This document shows, in pieces, positions 27,913 through 37,921 of a DNA stretch of 64,000 nt. Position numbers and translations under genes: made by a program. Each line of letters opens with the position of its first letter. The first letter of the stretch is position 1. The stretch is taken from NCBI GenBank assembly GCA_965208575.1, contig CBDBOV010000005.1, positions 1,184,001-1,248,000 on the forward strand. Reading direction: 5' to 3'. This DNA is from Spirochaetia bacterium (GTDB lineage Bacteria > Spirochaetota > Spirochaetia > SZUA-6 > Bin103). The notes under the pieces were generated by a model. It was not told where the DNA came from. It saw nothing but the letters and a program-made list of their open reading frames with translations, and did no database searches.

Positions 27913-29930
27913 CGTGTCACCTCCTCGGTCTTGGGCCGCCGAACCGGATCCTCCTGCTCGGAGAGCTGCGCGTAGAAGGTCTCGGCGTACAGGGCGTTGT
28001 TGTCGAGCAGCTCCCGGTGGGTGCCGAGCCCGGCGATGCGGCCCTGGTGGAGCAGCACCACGCGGTCGGCGGCGAGCACCGTGTTCATGCGGCTGGCGAT
28101 GACGAACGACAGGCGATCGCGCTTCAGCCGGTCGATGGCGGCGCGGATCCGCACCTCGGTCTCGTAGTCGACGTTGCTGGTGCTGTCGTCGAAGATCAGG
28201 ATGCGCGGTTCGATCAACAGCGCGCGCGCGATGGCGATGCGTTGTTTCTGGCCGCCCGAGAGTGTGACGCCGCGTTCGCCGACCTCGGAGTGATAGCCAT
28301 TCGGGAACGACTCGATGAAATCGTGCGCGGCCGCCGCCTGCGCCGCTGCGGCGATCTGTTCGTCGGTGGCGTCGGGGCGCCCGTAGGCGATGTTCTCGCG
28401 TATGGTTCCGCCGAACAGCGTGGTTTCCTCCAGCACGATGCCGATCTGCCGGCGCAAGGACTCCAGGGTGACGTCGCGAATGTCGACTCCATCGAAGGTG
28501 ATGCGGCCCTCGGTGACGTCGTAGAAGCGCGGTATCAGGTTGATGATGGTGCTCTTGCCCGAACCGGTGCCGCCGACGATGGCAATGGTTTCGGTGGCGC
28601 GGGTGGCGAACGTCACGTCCTGGAGGACCGCCGCGCCGAGGCCGAAGTAGCGGAAGCCGACGCCCTCGAAGCGCACGCCGCGCGTGAGCGGGGCCAGTTC
28701 CGCGGCGCCGGATACTTCCTTGACGTCGGATTCGGCATCCAGGATCTCGAAGATCCGTTCGGCGCTGGCGGAGGCCTGCGAGATCGACATCATGATCATG
28801 CCGAGCATGGTGATCGGGAACATGGCCACGATCAGGTAGCCCTGGAACGCGACCAGCTCGCCGATGGTGAGGCGTTGCGCCAGGACCTGGATGCCGCCGC
28901 CCCAGGTCACCACCAGGGTCCCGAAGTTGGACATGGCGAACACCAGCGGAATGGCGAGGGAGAAAACGGCCGCGGCGAGCATCGACTGGTCGTAGAGTTC
29001 CTGGTTGGAATGCTCGAACCGTCTCTGTTCGCGTGCGGCTCCGGTGTACGCCTTCACCACCCGCACACCGACCAGGTTCTCCTCCAGCCTGGTGTTGAGG
29101 GCGGCGATCTTTTCCTGGATCCCGCGGAATATCGGCCGGCCCTTGCGCGCCATGAACGAGAACAGGGCGAACACGGCCATCATCACCGGCACCACGTGCA
29201 GGGCCAGCCGCCAGTTGGTGACGAACAGCAGGTACAGGCTTCCGATCATCAGCACCGCGGTGGTGACGATCTGGATGACGCCGGTGCTGATGAAGGTGCG
29301 CACCATGTCGACGTCGCTGGTTGCGCGCGTCAGGAGCTGGCCGGTCTGGGAGCGGTCGTGATAGCTGAACGACAGGCTCTGTATGTGATCGTACAGCGCG
29401 TTGCGCAGGTCGTAGGCCACGCCCTGCGAAACCTTGGCGGCCAGTACTCCCTGCAGGTAGGTGAACAACGAGCGCAGCACGGTCACCGCAAATATCACCA
29501 CCGAGCCGATCACGATAGCCTGCAGCCGGTCGTCGAGGATGCCGCTGTCGACCACCAACTGGGTGATGCGCGGTACCGCGAGGTTGCCTGCCGAACTGGC
29601 CAGCAGACAAATCAGGCTGGCCAGGGTAGCCGCCTTGTAGTGGCGCATGAACATCAGGGTGCGCAGCAGCGCCCGCAGCGCCGGCCGGCGCACCAGGCGC
29701 CGGCCGCGCCGGCTCCCACTCCCGTTCGACCAGCCGCCGCCGGCGGCGCCGCCGGGCGCCATCCCGCCCGTGCCGACGCCTGCGCCCGTGCGTCCGGCTC
29801 CGTCCGCGCGCGCGGCTGCGTCCGCGCCCGGGACGGACCCGTTCGCGCGCGCCGGCGGTCCACCTCGGTTCGGTGCGCGGCCACGGCGCGCCCTGTTGCC
29901 GTCTGCGCGCGGCGAAGAGTGCTCAGACAC
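27909..29930 (-). CDS. Heterodimeric multidrug-type ABC exporter, subunit 1 (degenerate NBD)
   Basis: GGTGSGKST, LSGGQKQR; degenerate Walker B (FDDS) and switch (IASR), typical of TM287-type subunits. Start uncertain. Confidence 0.9.
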   Translation of the reverse strand: MSEHSSPRADGNRARRGRAPNRGGPPARANGSVPGADAAARADGAGRTGAGVGTGGMAPGGAAGGGWSNGSGSRRGRRLVRRPALRALLRTLMFMRHYKAATLASLICLLASSAGNLAVPRITQLVVDSGILDDRLQAIVIGSVVIFAVTVLRSLFTYLQGVLAAKVSQGVAYDLRNALYDHIQSLSFSYHDRSQTGQLLTRATSDVDMVRTFISTGVIQIVTTAVLMIGSLYLLFVTNWRLALHVVPVMMAVFALFSFMARKGRPIFRGIQEKIAALNTRLEENLVGVRVVKAYTGAAREQRRFEHSNQELYDQSMLAAAVFSLAIPLVFAMSNFGTLVVTWGGGIQVLAQRLTIGELVAFQGYLIVAMFPITMLGMIMMSISQASASAERIFEILDAESDVKEVSGAAELAPLTRGVRFEGVGFRYFGLGAAVLQDVTFATRATETIAIVGGTGSGKSTIINLIPRFYDVTEGRITFDGVDIRDVTLESLRRQIGIVLEETTLFGGTIRENIAYGRPDATDEQIAAAAQAAAAHDFIESFPNGYHSEVGERGVTLSGGQKQRIAIARALLIEPRILIFDDSTSNVDYETEVRIRAAIDRLKRDRLSFVIASRMNTVLAADRVVLLHQGRIAGLGTHRELLDNNALYAETFYAQLSEQEDPVRRPKTEEVTR

Positions 29931-30375
29931 GGTTGGGCTCCTCGCTATCCGAAAGTTTCTCAAGCAGCGTATTCAAATCGTTCAACTCCGCGGCGGTCAG
30001 CGCATCCATCACGCACCGGACGCGTCGCTCGTACTCCGGCCACAACTCACCGATCCGCCGCCGTCCCGCCGTGGTGGCGTGGACCAGCACCACGCGCCGG
30101 TCGCCGGGCGCGGGCCGCCGTTCCACCAGCCCCTCACGCTCCAGGCGGTCGACGACGCCGGACGCGTTGCCGGGATCGGTCCATGACCGTGCGGCGAGCT
30201 TGGTGAGCGGGATGCCATCGTCCGGAATGCGAATGAGGGTAAAGAATTGCGCCCCGGTCATGCCTGCTTTGTGGAACACCGTGCCGACCACCCGCTTGAT
30301 GCGTAACGACGTGCGCATCAGCCGCCGGAATGCGGCGACCGACGGATCACCGGAAGTGTCGAATCGATCATCCAT
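29923..30375 (-). CDS. MarR family transcriptional regulator
   Basis: wHTH pattern VVDRLEREGLVERR..PGDRRVVLV..T.AG; first gene of the ABC operon. Confidence 0.9.
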   Translation of the reverse strand: MDDRFDTSGDPSVAAFRRLMRTSLRIKRVVGTVFHKAGMTGAQFFTLIRIPDDGIPLTKLAARSWTDPGNASGVVDRLEREGLVERRPAPGDRRVVLVHATTAGRRRIGELWPEYERRVRCVMDALTAAELNDLNTLLEKLSDSEEPNRV

Positions 30376-30378
30376 CGC

Positions 30379-30399
30379 GTTGTTTGTAACTGCAACAAC
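30379..30399. promoter_or_regulatory. Probable MarR operator (imperfect palindrome) next to the marR promoter
   Basis: GTTGTT-N9-AACAAC immediately upstream of the marR ATG; minus-strand TTGCCC-N17/18-TTATAG/TATAGT adjacent. Confidence 0.55.
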
Positions 30400-30468
30400 T
30401 ATAATGACAAATACTTGAGCCGGGCAACAACTGGCCCGCGATGAAGATCACCGGCAGGGCCAGGCGCA

Positions 30469-32638
30469 CAGGGCGATCCCATGCTGAAGGGGCTGGTAAT
30501 CCTGTGATCGAGTCGTTAGGCTGTGGTCATGGAGCTTCAGGAGTTGCGCGAGGAGCCGCTGGCGGCGGCAACGCCGGCAGGTTTTGCGCTGGCCGAGGTG
30601 GTGGTGCGGTTGGTGCGACCGGACGAACGGGTCAAATGGGACGTGCTGATGGATCAGCATCACTACCTGGGGTTCAAGCGGTTTGCCGGGCGCGGGTTGC
30701 GCTATGTGGCGGAGTGGCGTGGCCGCTGGATAGCGCTGGCCGGCTGGCAGGCGGCAGCGCTCAAGTGTGCCGCGCGCGATCGCTGGATTGGATGGCGCGG
30801 CAAGAAGATGTTCAGGCGCCTGCACCTGATTGCGAACAACACCCGGTTCCTGGTGCTGGGCGAGCGCGGCGTATTTGCGAATCTCGGCTCCTGCATGATG
30901 AGCGCGATGCTGCGCCGGCTGAGCGACGACTGGCTCGGGCAGTATGGCCATCCATTGCTGGTGGTGGAGAGCTTCGTCGACCCGACACGGTTCACCGGCA
31001 CCATGTACGCGGCGGCGAACTGGAGCTACGTGGGCAACAGCAAGGGCTATGCGCGCTGCAACGGTCACTACACCGACCCGCACGGGCAGCCGAAGCGGCT
31101 GTACGTGCGCGCGTTGCGCGACGACGCTCGCGAGATCCTGCGCCAGCGCGCAGAGTTGGCCGCCTGCTGGCAGGCGCGGGTGCCGACCGCGGGCGGCGAC
31201 CAGGTTGACAAGCGCAGTCTGTACGAGGAATTGCAGCAGATCCCGGATCACCGCCGTGGGCAGGGCCGCAAGCATTCGCTGGCGACCGTGCTGGCGGTGT
31301 ACCTGCTGGCGATGTTGTCCAACATGCGTGGCCCGGTGGCGGCCGCCGAGTACGCGCAAGCGCTCGACCAGGAGGAACTGAAGCTGCTGGGGGCGTGGCG
31401 CAACCGCCGCACGGGACGCTACGAGCCGCCCCCCAAATCGACCATTCACCGGGTGGTGATGGCAACCGATGCCGAGGCGCTGGAGGCGATGCATCAGCGC
31501 TATGCGACGGCGCGCGTGCCGGCACCCGAAGCGCAGCAGCACCGGCAGGCACTGGCGGCCGACGGCAAGCGGATACGGGGCGCCAATCGCAACGGCACGA
31601 TGCGCTACGAGACTGCGACGCTGGTCGAGCACCGCACCGGCGTACCGGTCGCGAGCCTCAACTTTCACGACCAGAACGGCGAACTGGCAGCGGTTGGGGC
31701 ACTGCTGGAGGTAGTTCCGATCAGTGGTGCGGTGATCACCCTGGATGCGCTGCACACGACACGCGACACCACCGTCAGTATCGTCGAGCAGCATGCCGCC
31801 GACTATCTCCTGACCGTCAAGGGGAACTGTTCGGAGACCTTCGAGGCACTCGCTACCATGCCGTGGGAGGACGCTGACGGGCGCTTCTCCGAGGACCCGC
31901 AGAAGGGCCATGGACGTATCGACCGGCGCCATATTGAAGTCCTCACCCCGCTCAACAAGACGCTCAACTTTGCCCATGTCGCGCAGGTGTTCCGGGTACG
32001 GCGCGAGCGCACCGACCTGAAAAGCGGCGAACATAGCATCGAGTACGCCTACGGCATCACCTCACTGGCCGCCACCTGCGCGACGCCGCAGCAACTGCTG
32101 GCCTGGAATCGCGGCCACTGGGCAATCGAGTCGAAGAATCATCATCGCCGCGACAACACGCTGTGCGAAGACGCCTGCACAGCTCGCAGCGGCTTCTCGC
32201 CGGCCAACCGTGCGACCTGCAACAACATCGTGCTGGCGCTGATCCTGCACCACCGCCGGTGGGACAACGCCGCGCAGGCCCTGCGCTACTTCACCTTACG
32301 CCGGAGCGAAGCCTTCAAGGCGCTGCTGGCGCGCGGCTGAAGCGACCCCAGCGCGCCTTTACCCCAGCACTCCGCTCAGCGATCTCGGCTGCTCCCAAAC
32401 TTCCAGATACCGCACCGTGCCACTCCCTGAAGCCGGCAGGTTCCGACACGCGTAATCTGATCACCTCTGCCGCTACTGGCAACAGGTCCTGCCGCCAACG
32501 CTGCCTCCGCACGTCCCGAAGTGACGACTGCATCCGTCACTTCCGTCTCCCCAGCCTCAGTGACCGACCAAGCGACCTCTCTTGGGCAATGTTCGCATCG
32601 GGCCCCATCAAGACTCAGCAGAGCATGGGATGGCCGTG
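30469..32638 (+). mobile_element. Complete ISAs1-family insertion sequence (2170 bp)
   Basis: IRL CAGGGCGATCCCATGCT (30469-30485) and IRR (32622-32638) match 15/17. Flanked by 8-bp direct repeat CAGGCGCA at 30461-30468 and 32639-32646. Confidence 0.93.
30529..32340 (+). CDS. ISAs1-family DDE transposase with N-terminal DUF4338 domain
   Basis: HHYLG..RDRWIGW..IANNTRFL..ESFVDP (DUF4338); PDHRRGQGRKH (assoc domain); ADGK, TLDALHT, VKGN, GHGRID, RGHWAIES..RD...ED (ISAs1 DDE). Confidence 0.92.
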   Translation: MELQELREEPLAAATPAGFALAEVVVRLVRPDERVKWDVLMDQHHYLGFKRFAGRGLRYVAEWRGRWIALAGWQAAALKCAARDRWIGWRGKKMFRRLHLIANNTRFLVLGERGVFANLGSCMMSAMLRRLSDDWLGQYGHPLLVVESFVDPTRFTGTMYAAANWSYVGNSKGYARCNGHYTDPHGQPKRLYVRALRDDAREILRQRAELAACWQARVPTAGGDQVDKRSLYEELQQIPDHRRGQGRKHSLATVLAVYLLAMLSNMRGPVAAAEYAQALDQEELKLLGAWRNRRTGRYEPPPKSTIHRVVMATDAEALEAMHQRYATARVPAPEAQQHRQALAADGKRIRGANRNGTMRYETATLVEHRTGVPVASLNFHDQNGELAAVGALLEVVPISGAVITLDALHTTRDTTVSIVEQHAADYLLTVKGNCSETFEALATMPWEDADGRFSEDPQKGHGRIDRRHIEVLTPLNKTLNFAHVAQVFRVRRERTDLKSGEHSIEYAYGITSLAATCATPQQLLAWNRGHWAIESKNHHRRDNTLCEDACTARSGFSPANRATCNNIVLALILHHRRWDNAAQALRYFTLRRSEAFKALLARG

Positions 32639-32695
32639 CAGGCGCAGCGTACTCGTTTCGCTGCACTCCCATGATCGGGTAGGGTAGCGCCGCCG

Positions 32696-33385
32696 ATGAA
32701 GGTTTTCGTCCACGGCCCCGAGTTGCGCGGCAGCTACCGGCTGCCGGACCTGGTGGTCGACACCCTGGCGGAGCGCAACCGTTCCGCCAAGCGCACGTAC
32801 TACACCGTCGACTTCGATCGCGAACAGCGCCGCCGCGCCGACTGTTTCCTCATCTCCGCCGACACCGCGCTCGACTGGATGCTGGAGGACACCGAGATTC
32901 TGGAGCGCAACCTGTACACCGATCCGGCGCGAACCGGAGCGGTGCAGCGCGCCCTCGGTGTGCTGGAGCGGGAGGTGCCGCTCAACGGCGAGCCGTTCGA
33001 CCCCGATGACGCCCGCTTCCTGCGCGGTCTGAACGTATCCACCATGAAGCCGGGAATCATCGTCGACGCCACACCCGACGACGCGGCCCTGCAGACCCAC
33101 ATCCGCGCCATGCATCGAGCGCTCGGCCGGATTTTCTTCTATACCGCGAGCAAGTCGGAGGCGCGTGTCTGGGAGGTGGAGGCGGGTGTCGGCATCGCCG
33201 CCGCGGCGGGGCGGATTCACGGCGACCTGGAGCGCGGATTCATCCGGGCCGACGTGTTCAACGAGGCGCAACTCAGCCAGTTTCGCACGCCGCAGGAGGC
33301 CAGGGCCAAGGGCCTGCTGAAGGTCGTCGACCGTTCCTACCGCATTGCGTACGGCGACGTGATCGAAGTCAAGTTCAACGTGTAG
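32696..33385 (+). CDS. Short YchF-like protein (DUF933/TGS C-terminus) lacking recognisable G-motifs
   Basis: FFYTA...RVWEV..AAGRIHGDLERGFIRADV...KGLLKVVDRSY....GDVIEVKFNV; no GxxNxGKS. Confidence 0.8.
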   Translation: MKVFVHGPELRGSYRLPDLVVDTLAERNRSAKRTYYTVDFDREQRRRADCFLISADTALDWMLEDTEILERNLYTDPARTGAVQRALGVLEREVPLNGEPFDPDDARFLRGLNVSTMKPGIIVDATPDDAALQTHIRAMHRALGRIFFYTASKSEARVWEVEAGVGIAAAAGRIHGDLERGFIRADVFNEAQLSQFRTPQEARAKGLLKVVDRSYRIAYGDVIEVKFNV

Positions 33386-34568
33386 ACCGCTGGCCGGCCG
33401 ATCGCAACCGTTTGACGAACCACTCCCACTTGAGGACCGACTCGGAGGGCACGACCGCTTCCAGGTAGCGCCTGCCGACGCGAAAGGTGAGCCGGCGGCG
33501 CATGTCCACGGTGATCGACTGCACGCGCTCGATCGGCGTGCGCCACGGGTCGGCGCCCTCGATCAGCAACTCGCCTCTGGTGATGCGCATGGCGCCGGCC
33601 GCCACCTGGCGCGGCTGCCCGGAGGTGATGTCGAGCAGGGTCATCGGCTCGCTCGGCGCCGGCAGGCGCTCCTCGCTGTCGAGGCCGGCCGCGTGGAAGC
33701 GGCGGATGCGGTCCACGACTTCCGGCAGCGTGTGTGTTGGTGCGCCGCCGCGCCCGTTCAAGCGGCCATCGGCATCGACGCGCCAGGCCGCGCGACAGCG
33801 CCGGCACTCGAGCCGGTTGCCTGCCTCCCGCAAGCCGTCGATCAGGAAACAGTCCGGGCACGCCCACGCCACGTTGGCGATGCCGCGCGCGAAACCGCTG
33901 CCGGCTACCGGGTAGCGCGGCGCGCCGAGGGCGTCGACGGCGATGCGCCGCTCGATGTAGCCGCGGATGTCCGCCAGCGGCGTGCCGCGTGCAAAGTGCC
34001 GCGGCTCGTCCAGCTCCACGTGCACCGCGCCGCGGCGGAAGCGCGGCGACCAGCGCGGCGACTGCCGAAAGCCGTTGTAGATGCGCATCGTCACCAGCGG
34101 CACGTCGAGCAGGCGCACCAGTTTCTCGATTCCCGGCGCCAGCGGCAGCGGGCGCCCGTCCCAGGTTCGCTCTCCTTCCGGGAACAGACCGACGTAGGCG
34201 CCGGCGTCCGCCCAACGCTTGAGACTGATAATGGCGCGCGCGTCGGCGGTGTACTTCATCTTCGGGACGGCGCCGAAGTGGACGAAAAAGCGGCCGAGCG
34301 GCCCTTCGCGGAAGTTGGAAGCGGTGGCCAGCATGGTTACGTGGTCACCCGCCGCGCGCACCATGATCGGCGGATCGAAGAAGCCGGAGTGATTGGCCAG
34401 AAACAGGACCGGCTGGCGCCTCGGCATCCGCTCGCGCCCCGTCACCGTCAACTGCACCCAGCGCGACATCACCGCCACGAACGGCGGGCGCCACAGCCGC
34501 ACACGGCGGCGTACGAGGTCGAGGTTGCGGGCGCTCGGCGGCAGCGCGGGCAACTGGCGGGCGGGCAT
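33375..34568 (-). CDS. Lysophospholipid acyltransferase (PlsC family) with C-terminal CxxC..CxxC extension
   Basis: NHSGFFD and FPEGERT motifs; CPDC...CRRC. Confidence 0.88.
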   Translation of the reverse strand: MPARQLPALPPSARNLDLVRRRVRLWRPPFVAVMSRWVQLTVTGRERMPRRQPVLFLANHSGFFDPPIMVRAAGDHVTMLATASNFREGPLGRFFVHFGAVPKMKYTADARAIISLKRWADAGAYVGLFPEGERTWDGRPLPLAPGIEKLVRLLDVPLVTMRIYNGFRQSPRWSPRFRRGAVHVELDEPRHFARGTPLADIRGYIERRIAVDALGAPRYPVAGSGFARGIANVAWACPDCFLIDGLREAGNRLECRRCRAAWRVDADGRLNGRGGAPTHTLPEVVDRIRRFHAAGLDSEERLPAPSEPMTLLDITSGQPRQVAAGAMRITRGELLIEGADPWRTPIERVQSITVDMRRRLTFRVGRRYLEAVVPSESVLKWEWFVKRLRSAGQRSTR

Positions 34569-34857
34569 CAGTGGGCGGCGGCCGCGACGCGAACGTCCGC
34601 GCGCGCGAGCGGCCGCGCCGGTAAGGTGACCGGCGCGGGAGCGCAGGTCGGGAGCGAGTTTGCCATGACGGTGCGCCGTTCATCGTTGCATGCCCGCGGG
34701 CCGCGCGACAATCGTGGATCATTGCGACCGGTACGGCCATCGTCGTCCAAGCCGCCGGCCGCGCAGCCGCGTGCGCCGGCGCCGAGCTGCGAAACCTGCG
34801 AACCCGACGCCGTTGTCAGTGCCGGGCGGGTGGGCTACCCTCTCTTCCGTCCCGCCG

Positions 34858-35616
34858 GTGACTGACCATCTCATCAAAGCGCACCTCTACCTGCACGCCG
34901 TCCTGCCGCAACTGGAGGAGGTGGTGCGCGTGGACGCGGCCGCGCAGGCGGTGGTGGCCGGTTGGCGCAGCAGCATAGCGCTGCAGGTGGCCGGTGGACC
35001 GGGCGTGCGGCTGGAGGTGGCCGACGGCCGCCTGAGCGCGGTGCGCCGCGGGCGCGGCCTGCCGTCGCTGGGGCTGCTGCTCGCCGGTCCGGCAGCCGCG
35101 GTACGGATGTTCGAGGCGGGCGGCGCCACGCCGCTGCCGTGGATCGGCGGCTGGCGGCTGCGCCTGATCCGCGGCCTGCGCGCGCTCAGTGGGCGGCTGC
35201 AGTACTACCTGAAGGCGGACCGGGCGCGGCTGGAGGGCGATGGCGCATTCGAAGCCGCCGTATCGATCCGGCTGGCCGTGCTGGCGTACGCCATCGCCGT
35301 GCTCGGCGAGTGCTGGGAGGAAGGACGCAGCATCGCGGCCGGCACAGCGGCGGACGGCACGGTCGCCATTGGCGTGGCCGGCGCCGCTCCCGTGCACCTG
35401 CGCAGCGCGGGTGGGCGGCTTACCGCATCGCGCACGGCGTCCCGGCCGGCCAACGTGGCGGTGGAATTCGCCCATGCGCCGGCGGCCTACGGAATCCTGT
35501 CGGGGAGCGCGGACCTGTGGACCGCGATCGGCATCGGTGACGTGCGCTTGCGGGGCCACCTGCTGCTGCTCGATCCGGTTCTGCAACTGATGGCGCGGGT
35601 GGGGAGCTTCCTGTGA
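34858..35616 (+). CDS. Hypothetical protein with SCP2 (sterol carrier)-like fold, probably tandem
   Basis: C-terminal ILSGSADLWTAIGIGDVRLRG.L is an SCP2-type pattern; GTG start inferred; overlaps the aminotransferase start (GTGA). Confidence 0.6.
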   Translation: MTDHLIKAHLYLHAVLPQLEEVVRVDAAAQAVVAGWRSSIALQVAGGPGVRLEVADGRLSAVRRGRGLPSLGLLLAGPAAAVRMFEAGGATPLPWIGGWRLRLIRGLRALSGRLQYYLKADRARLEGDGAFEAAVSIRLAVLAYAIAVLGECWEEGRSIAAGTAADGTVAIGVAGAAPVHLRSAGGRLTASRTASRPANVAVEFAHAPAAYGILSGSADLWTAIGIGDVRLRGHLLLLDPVLQLMARVGSFL

Positions 35617-36863
35617 GCAAGCGGTTCCGCGATGGCGCAACGCAGTTCACGCGCGGCGATGCGCTGTTCCGGCGCGCGGCGCAGGTGATTCCGCGCGGCA
35701 TCTACGGCACGCGCGGCCCGTGGCTGGTGGTGCCGGGGTCATACCCGCTGTTCGCGGCGCGCGGCCGCGGCGCCCGCTACTGGGACGTCGACGGCAACGA
35801 ATACATCGACTACCTGTGCGGCTTCGGGGCCAGCATTCTCGGATACGCCGACCCCGCCGTCGACGCCGCCGCGCACGCCGCCGAGGTGGCCGGGTTCGGC
35901 TTCAATCACCCGACCGCCGCGATGGTTGAGCTGGCCGAGTTCCTGACCGCCCGCATCGCCGGCATGGATTGGGCGCTGTTCGGCAAGAACGGCTCCGACG
36001 CGACCAGCTTCGCCATCCAGGTGGCGCGCGCGCACACCGGGCGCCGCACGGTGCTGAAGGCCGCCGGCGCGTACCACGGGTCGCATCCCTGGGCGACTCC
36101 CGGCGCGGCCGGCCTTACCGCGGAAGAGCGCGCGCACGTGCACGATTTCACCTGGAACGATCACGCCGACCTGGAGACGCTGGTCACGCACCACCGGGAC
36201 GATCTCGCCGCGATCCTCGTCACTCCCTACCATCATCCGCTGTTCGACGACTCCGAGTTTTCGCGCCGGCAGTTTCTGCAGCGGTTGTGCGAGCTCGCCC
36301 ATCGGCATGGCGCACTGGTGATCAGCGACGACGTACGCGTGGGGTTTCGCGCCTGCCTGGACGGCTCGCACCGGGTATTCGAATTCGACCCCGATCTGAG
36401 CTGCTACTCGAAAGCGATCGCCAATGGCCACCCAATCGCCGCCTGCCTCGGCCGCCGGCCGCAGTTCGCGGCCGCCGGGGCGGTGTTCGCCACCGGCACC
36501 TTCTGGATGCAGCAGGGGCCGATGGCCGCGGCAATGGCCTGCATACGGCGGCTCGAACAGATCGACGGCGTGGCGCTGATGCGGCAGCGCGGCACCGAGC
36601 TGATCGAGGGGCTGCGCCAGGTGGCGACGCGGCACGGCGAACGGCTGCACGTGTCCGGCCTGCCGAGCATGCCCAAGGTGCGCTTTGCCGGCGAGACCGA
36701 TTTTCTGCGCTTCCAGCGTTTCTGCGCCGCCGCCACGCGCCGCGGCGCGTACTTCCATCCCTACCACAACTGGTTCCTGAGCACTGCCCACAGCCGCGAC
36801 GATATCGCCCGCACCGTCGACATCGCCGACGCCGCGCTGGCGGAGGTGGTCGCCGCGAGCTGA
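35613..36863 (+). CDS. Class III PLP aminotransferase, FumI/GSA-aminomutase-like
   Basis: WDVDGNEYIDY, KNGSDATS, GAYHG..PW.TP, DDVRVGFR, PDLSCYSK.IANG, HPYHNWFLS.AH. Confidence 0.88.
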   Translation: MSKRFRDGATQFTRGDALFRRAAQVIPRGIYGTRGPWLVVPGSYPLFAARGRGARYWDVDGNEYIDYLCGFGASILGYADPAVDAAAHAAEVAGFGFNHPTAAMVELAEFLTARIAGMDWALFGKNGSDATSFAIQVARAHTGRRTVLKAAGAYHGSHPWATPGAAGLTAEERAHVHDFTWNDHADLETLVTHHRDDLAAILVTPYHHPLFDDSEFSRRQFLQRLCELAHRHGALVISDDVRVGFRACLDGSHRVFEFDPDLSCYSKAIANGHPIAACLGRRPQFAAAGAVFATGTFWMQQGPMAAAMACIRRLEQIDGVALMRQRGTELIEGLRQVATRHGERLHVSGLPSMPKVRFAGETDFLRFQRFCAAATRRGAYFHPYHNWFLSTAHSRDDIARTVDIADAALAEVVAAS

Positions 36864-36868
36864 CCCTA

Positions 36869-37858
36869 CTATCCGTCCCCGGCGCGGCGACCGCGCTCCA
36901 GGTGCCAGTTCCAGCAGGCGCGCAGGCCCTCCGCGAGCGGCGCCACCGCGTAGCCGAGCTCGCGGACCGCCCTGGTGGAGCGGTAACGGCGGTTGCGGGC
37001 AAGAATACGGCAGGTGGGCATGGAAACCCGCGGCTCGCGCCCGCTCAGGCAACTGGCGCCGGTGTGCAGCAGCGCCATCGCGTGCAGCATCCACGGTGCC
37101 AACCGGCGCCGCGGCGCGGCAGCGCCCACCGCGGCGGCAATGGCTGCGAACAGCTCCCGGAACGACAGCGGATGGCCGCCGAGCACGTAGCGCCGGCCGG
37201 GGCGCCCGTGATCGAGGGCCGCCAGGTGCCCGGCTACCACGTCGTCGAGCACCGCGGCCGTGGTGCCGCCGGGCGGATAGCCTGGTACGCCGGCGGCAAC
37301 CTCGCGCAGCAGCCGCAAGCCATTGCCGTTGCGGTCTCCGGCGCCGAACACCAGTGCGGGGTTGACTACCACCGCCGCCACGCGCGGATCGCCAAGCACC
37401 ATTCGTTCCGCCTCGTACTTGGTGTCGAAGTAGGCGATGCCGCGGCCGTGCCAGTTGTACGCGGTGTTCTCGTCGCCCAGCTCCTCGCCGGGCACCGAAC
37501 CGAGGGTGGCGATGGAGCTGGTGTGCAGCAAGGTGGCAACGCCGGCGCCGGCGCAGGCATCCAGCAGGCGTGCGGTGCCGTGCACGTTGACCTCGCGCAT
37601 TTCCGCGGCCCGGGCCGGCCAGTAGGACGCGCGCCCGGCGAGGTGGCACACCGCCTCCACGCCGCGCAGTGCTGCCGGCAGCGTGGCGGCGTCGCCGAGG
37701 TCGCCGGCCGCCAGATCCAGGTCGGCGCCGAGGATGGCGCGCGCCCGTTCCGGGTCGCGGACCAGGCAGCGCACGCGGTCGCCGCGCCGCAGCAGGGCGT
37801 GCGCCAGCGCGGCTCCGATCTGGCCGGTGGCGCCGGTTACCAGTACCGAGCGGGCCAT
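36869..37858 (-). CDS. NAD-dependent epimerase/dehydratase (HpnA/dihydroflavonol reductase-like)
   Basis: LVTGATGQIG, NVHGT, HTSS, YFDTK, NPALVFG motifs. Confidence 0.9.
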   Translation of the reverse strand: MARSVLVTGATGQIGAALAHALLRRGDRVRCLVRDPERARAILGADLDLAAGDLGDAATLPAALRGVEAVCHLAGRASYWPARAAEMREVNVHGTARLLDACAGAGVATLLHTSSIATLGSVPGEELGDENTAYNWHGRGIAYFDTKYEAERMVLGDPRVAAVVVNPALVFGAGDRNGNGLRLLREVAAGVPGYPPGGTTAAVLDDVVAGHLAALDHGRPGRRYVLGGHPLSFRELFAAIAAAVGAAAPRRRLAPWMLHAMALLHTGASCLSGREPRVSMPTCRILARNRRYRSTRAVRELGYAVAPLAEGLRACWNWHLERGRRAGDG

Positions 37859-37921
37859 CGGTCGGCGCCTCCGGTGGGCAGGCGGTACACCGGCACGTCG
37901 CCGTCGTCGTGTCCGCCGCGC

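Noticed and set aside
30529-31130. Druantia anti-phage system
   Set aside because: DUF4338 is fused to a transposase inside IS ends; no DruE helicase or other dru genes are present.
35613-36863. hemL (tetrapyrrole synthesis) assignment
   Set aside because: Lacks typical HemL motifs (GGVNSPVR, SGTEA, DEVMTGFR) and has no hem gene context.
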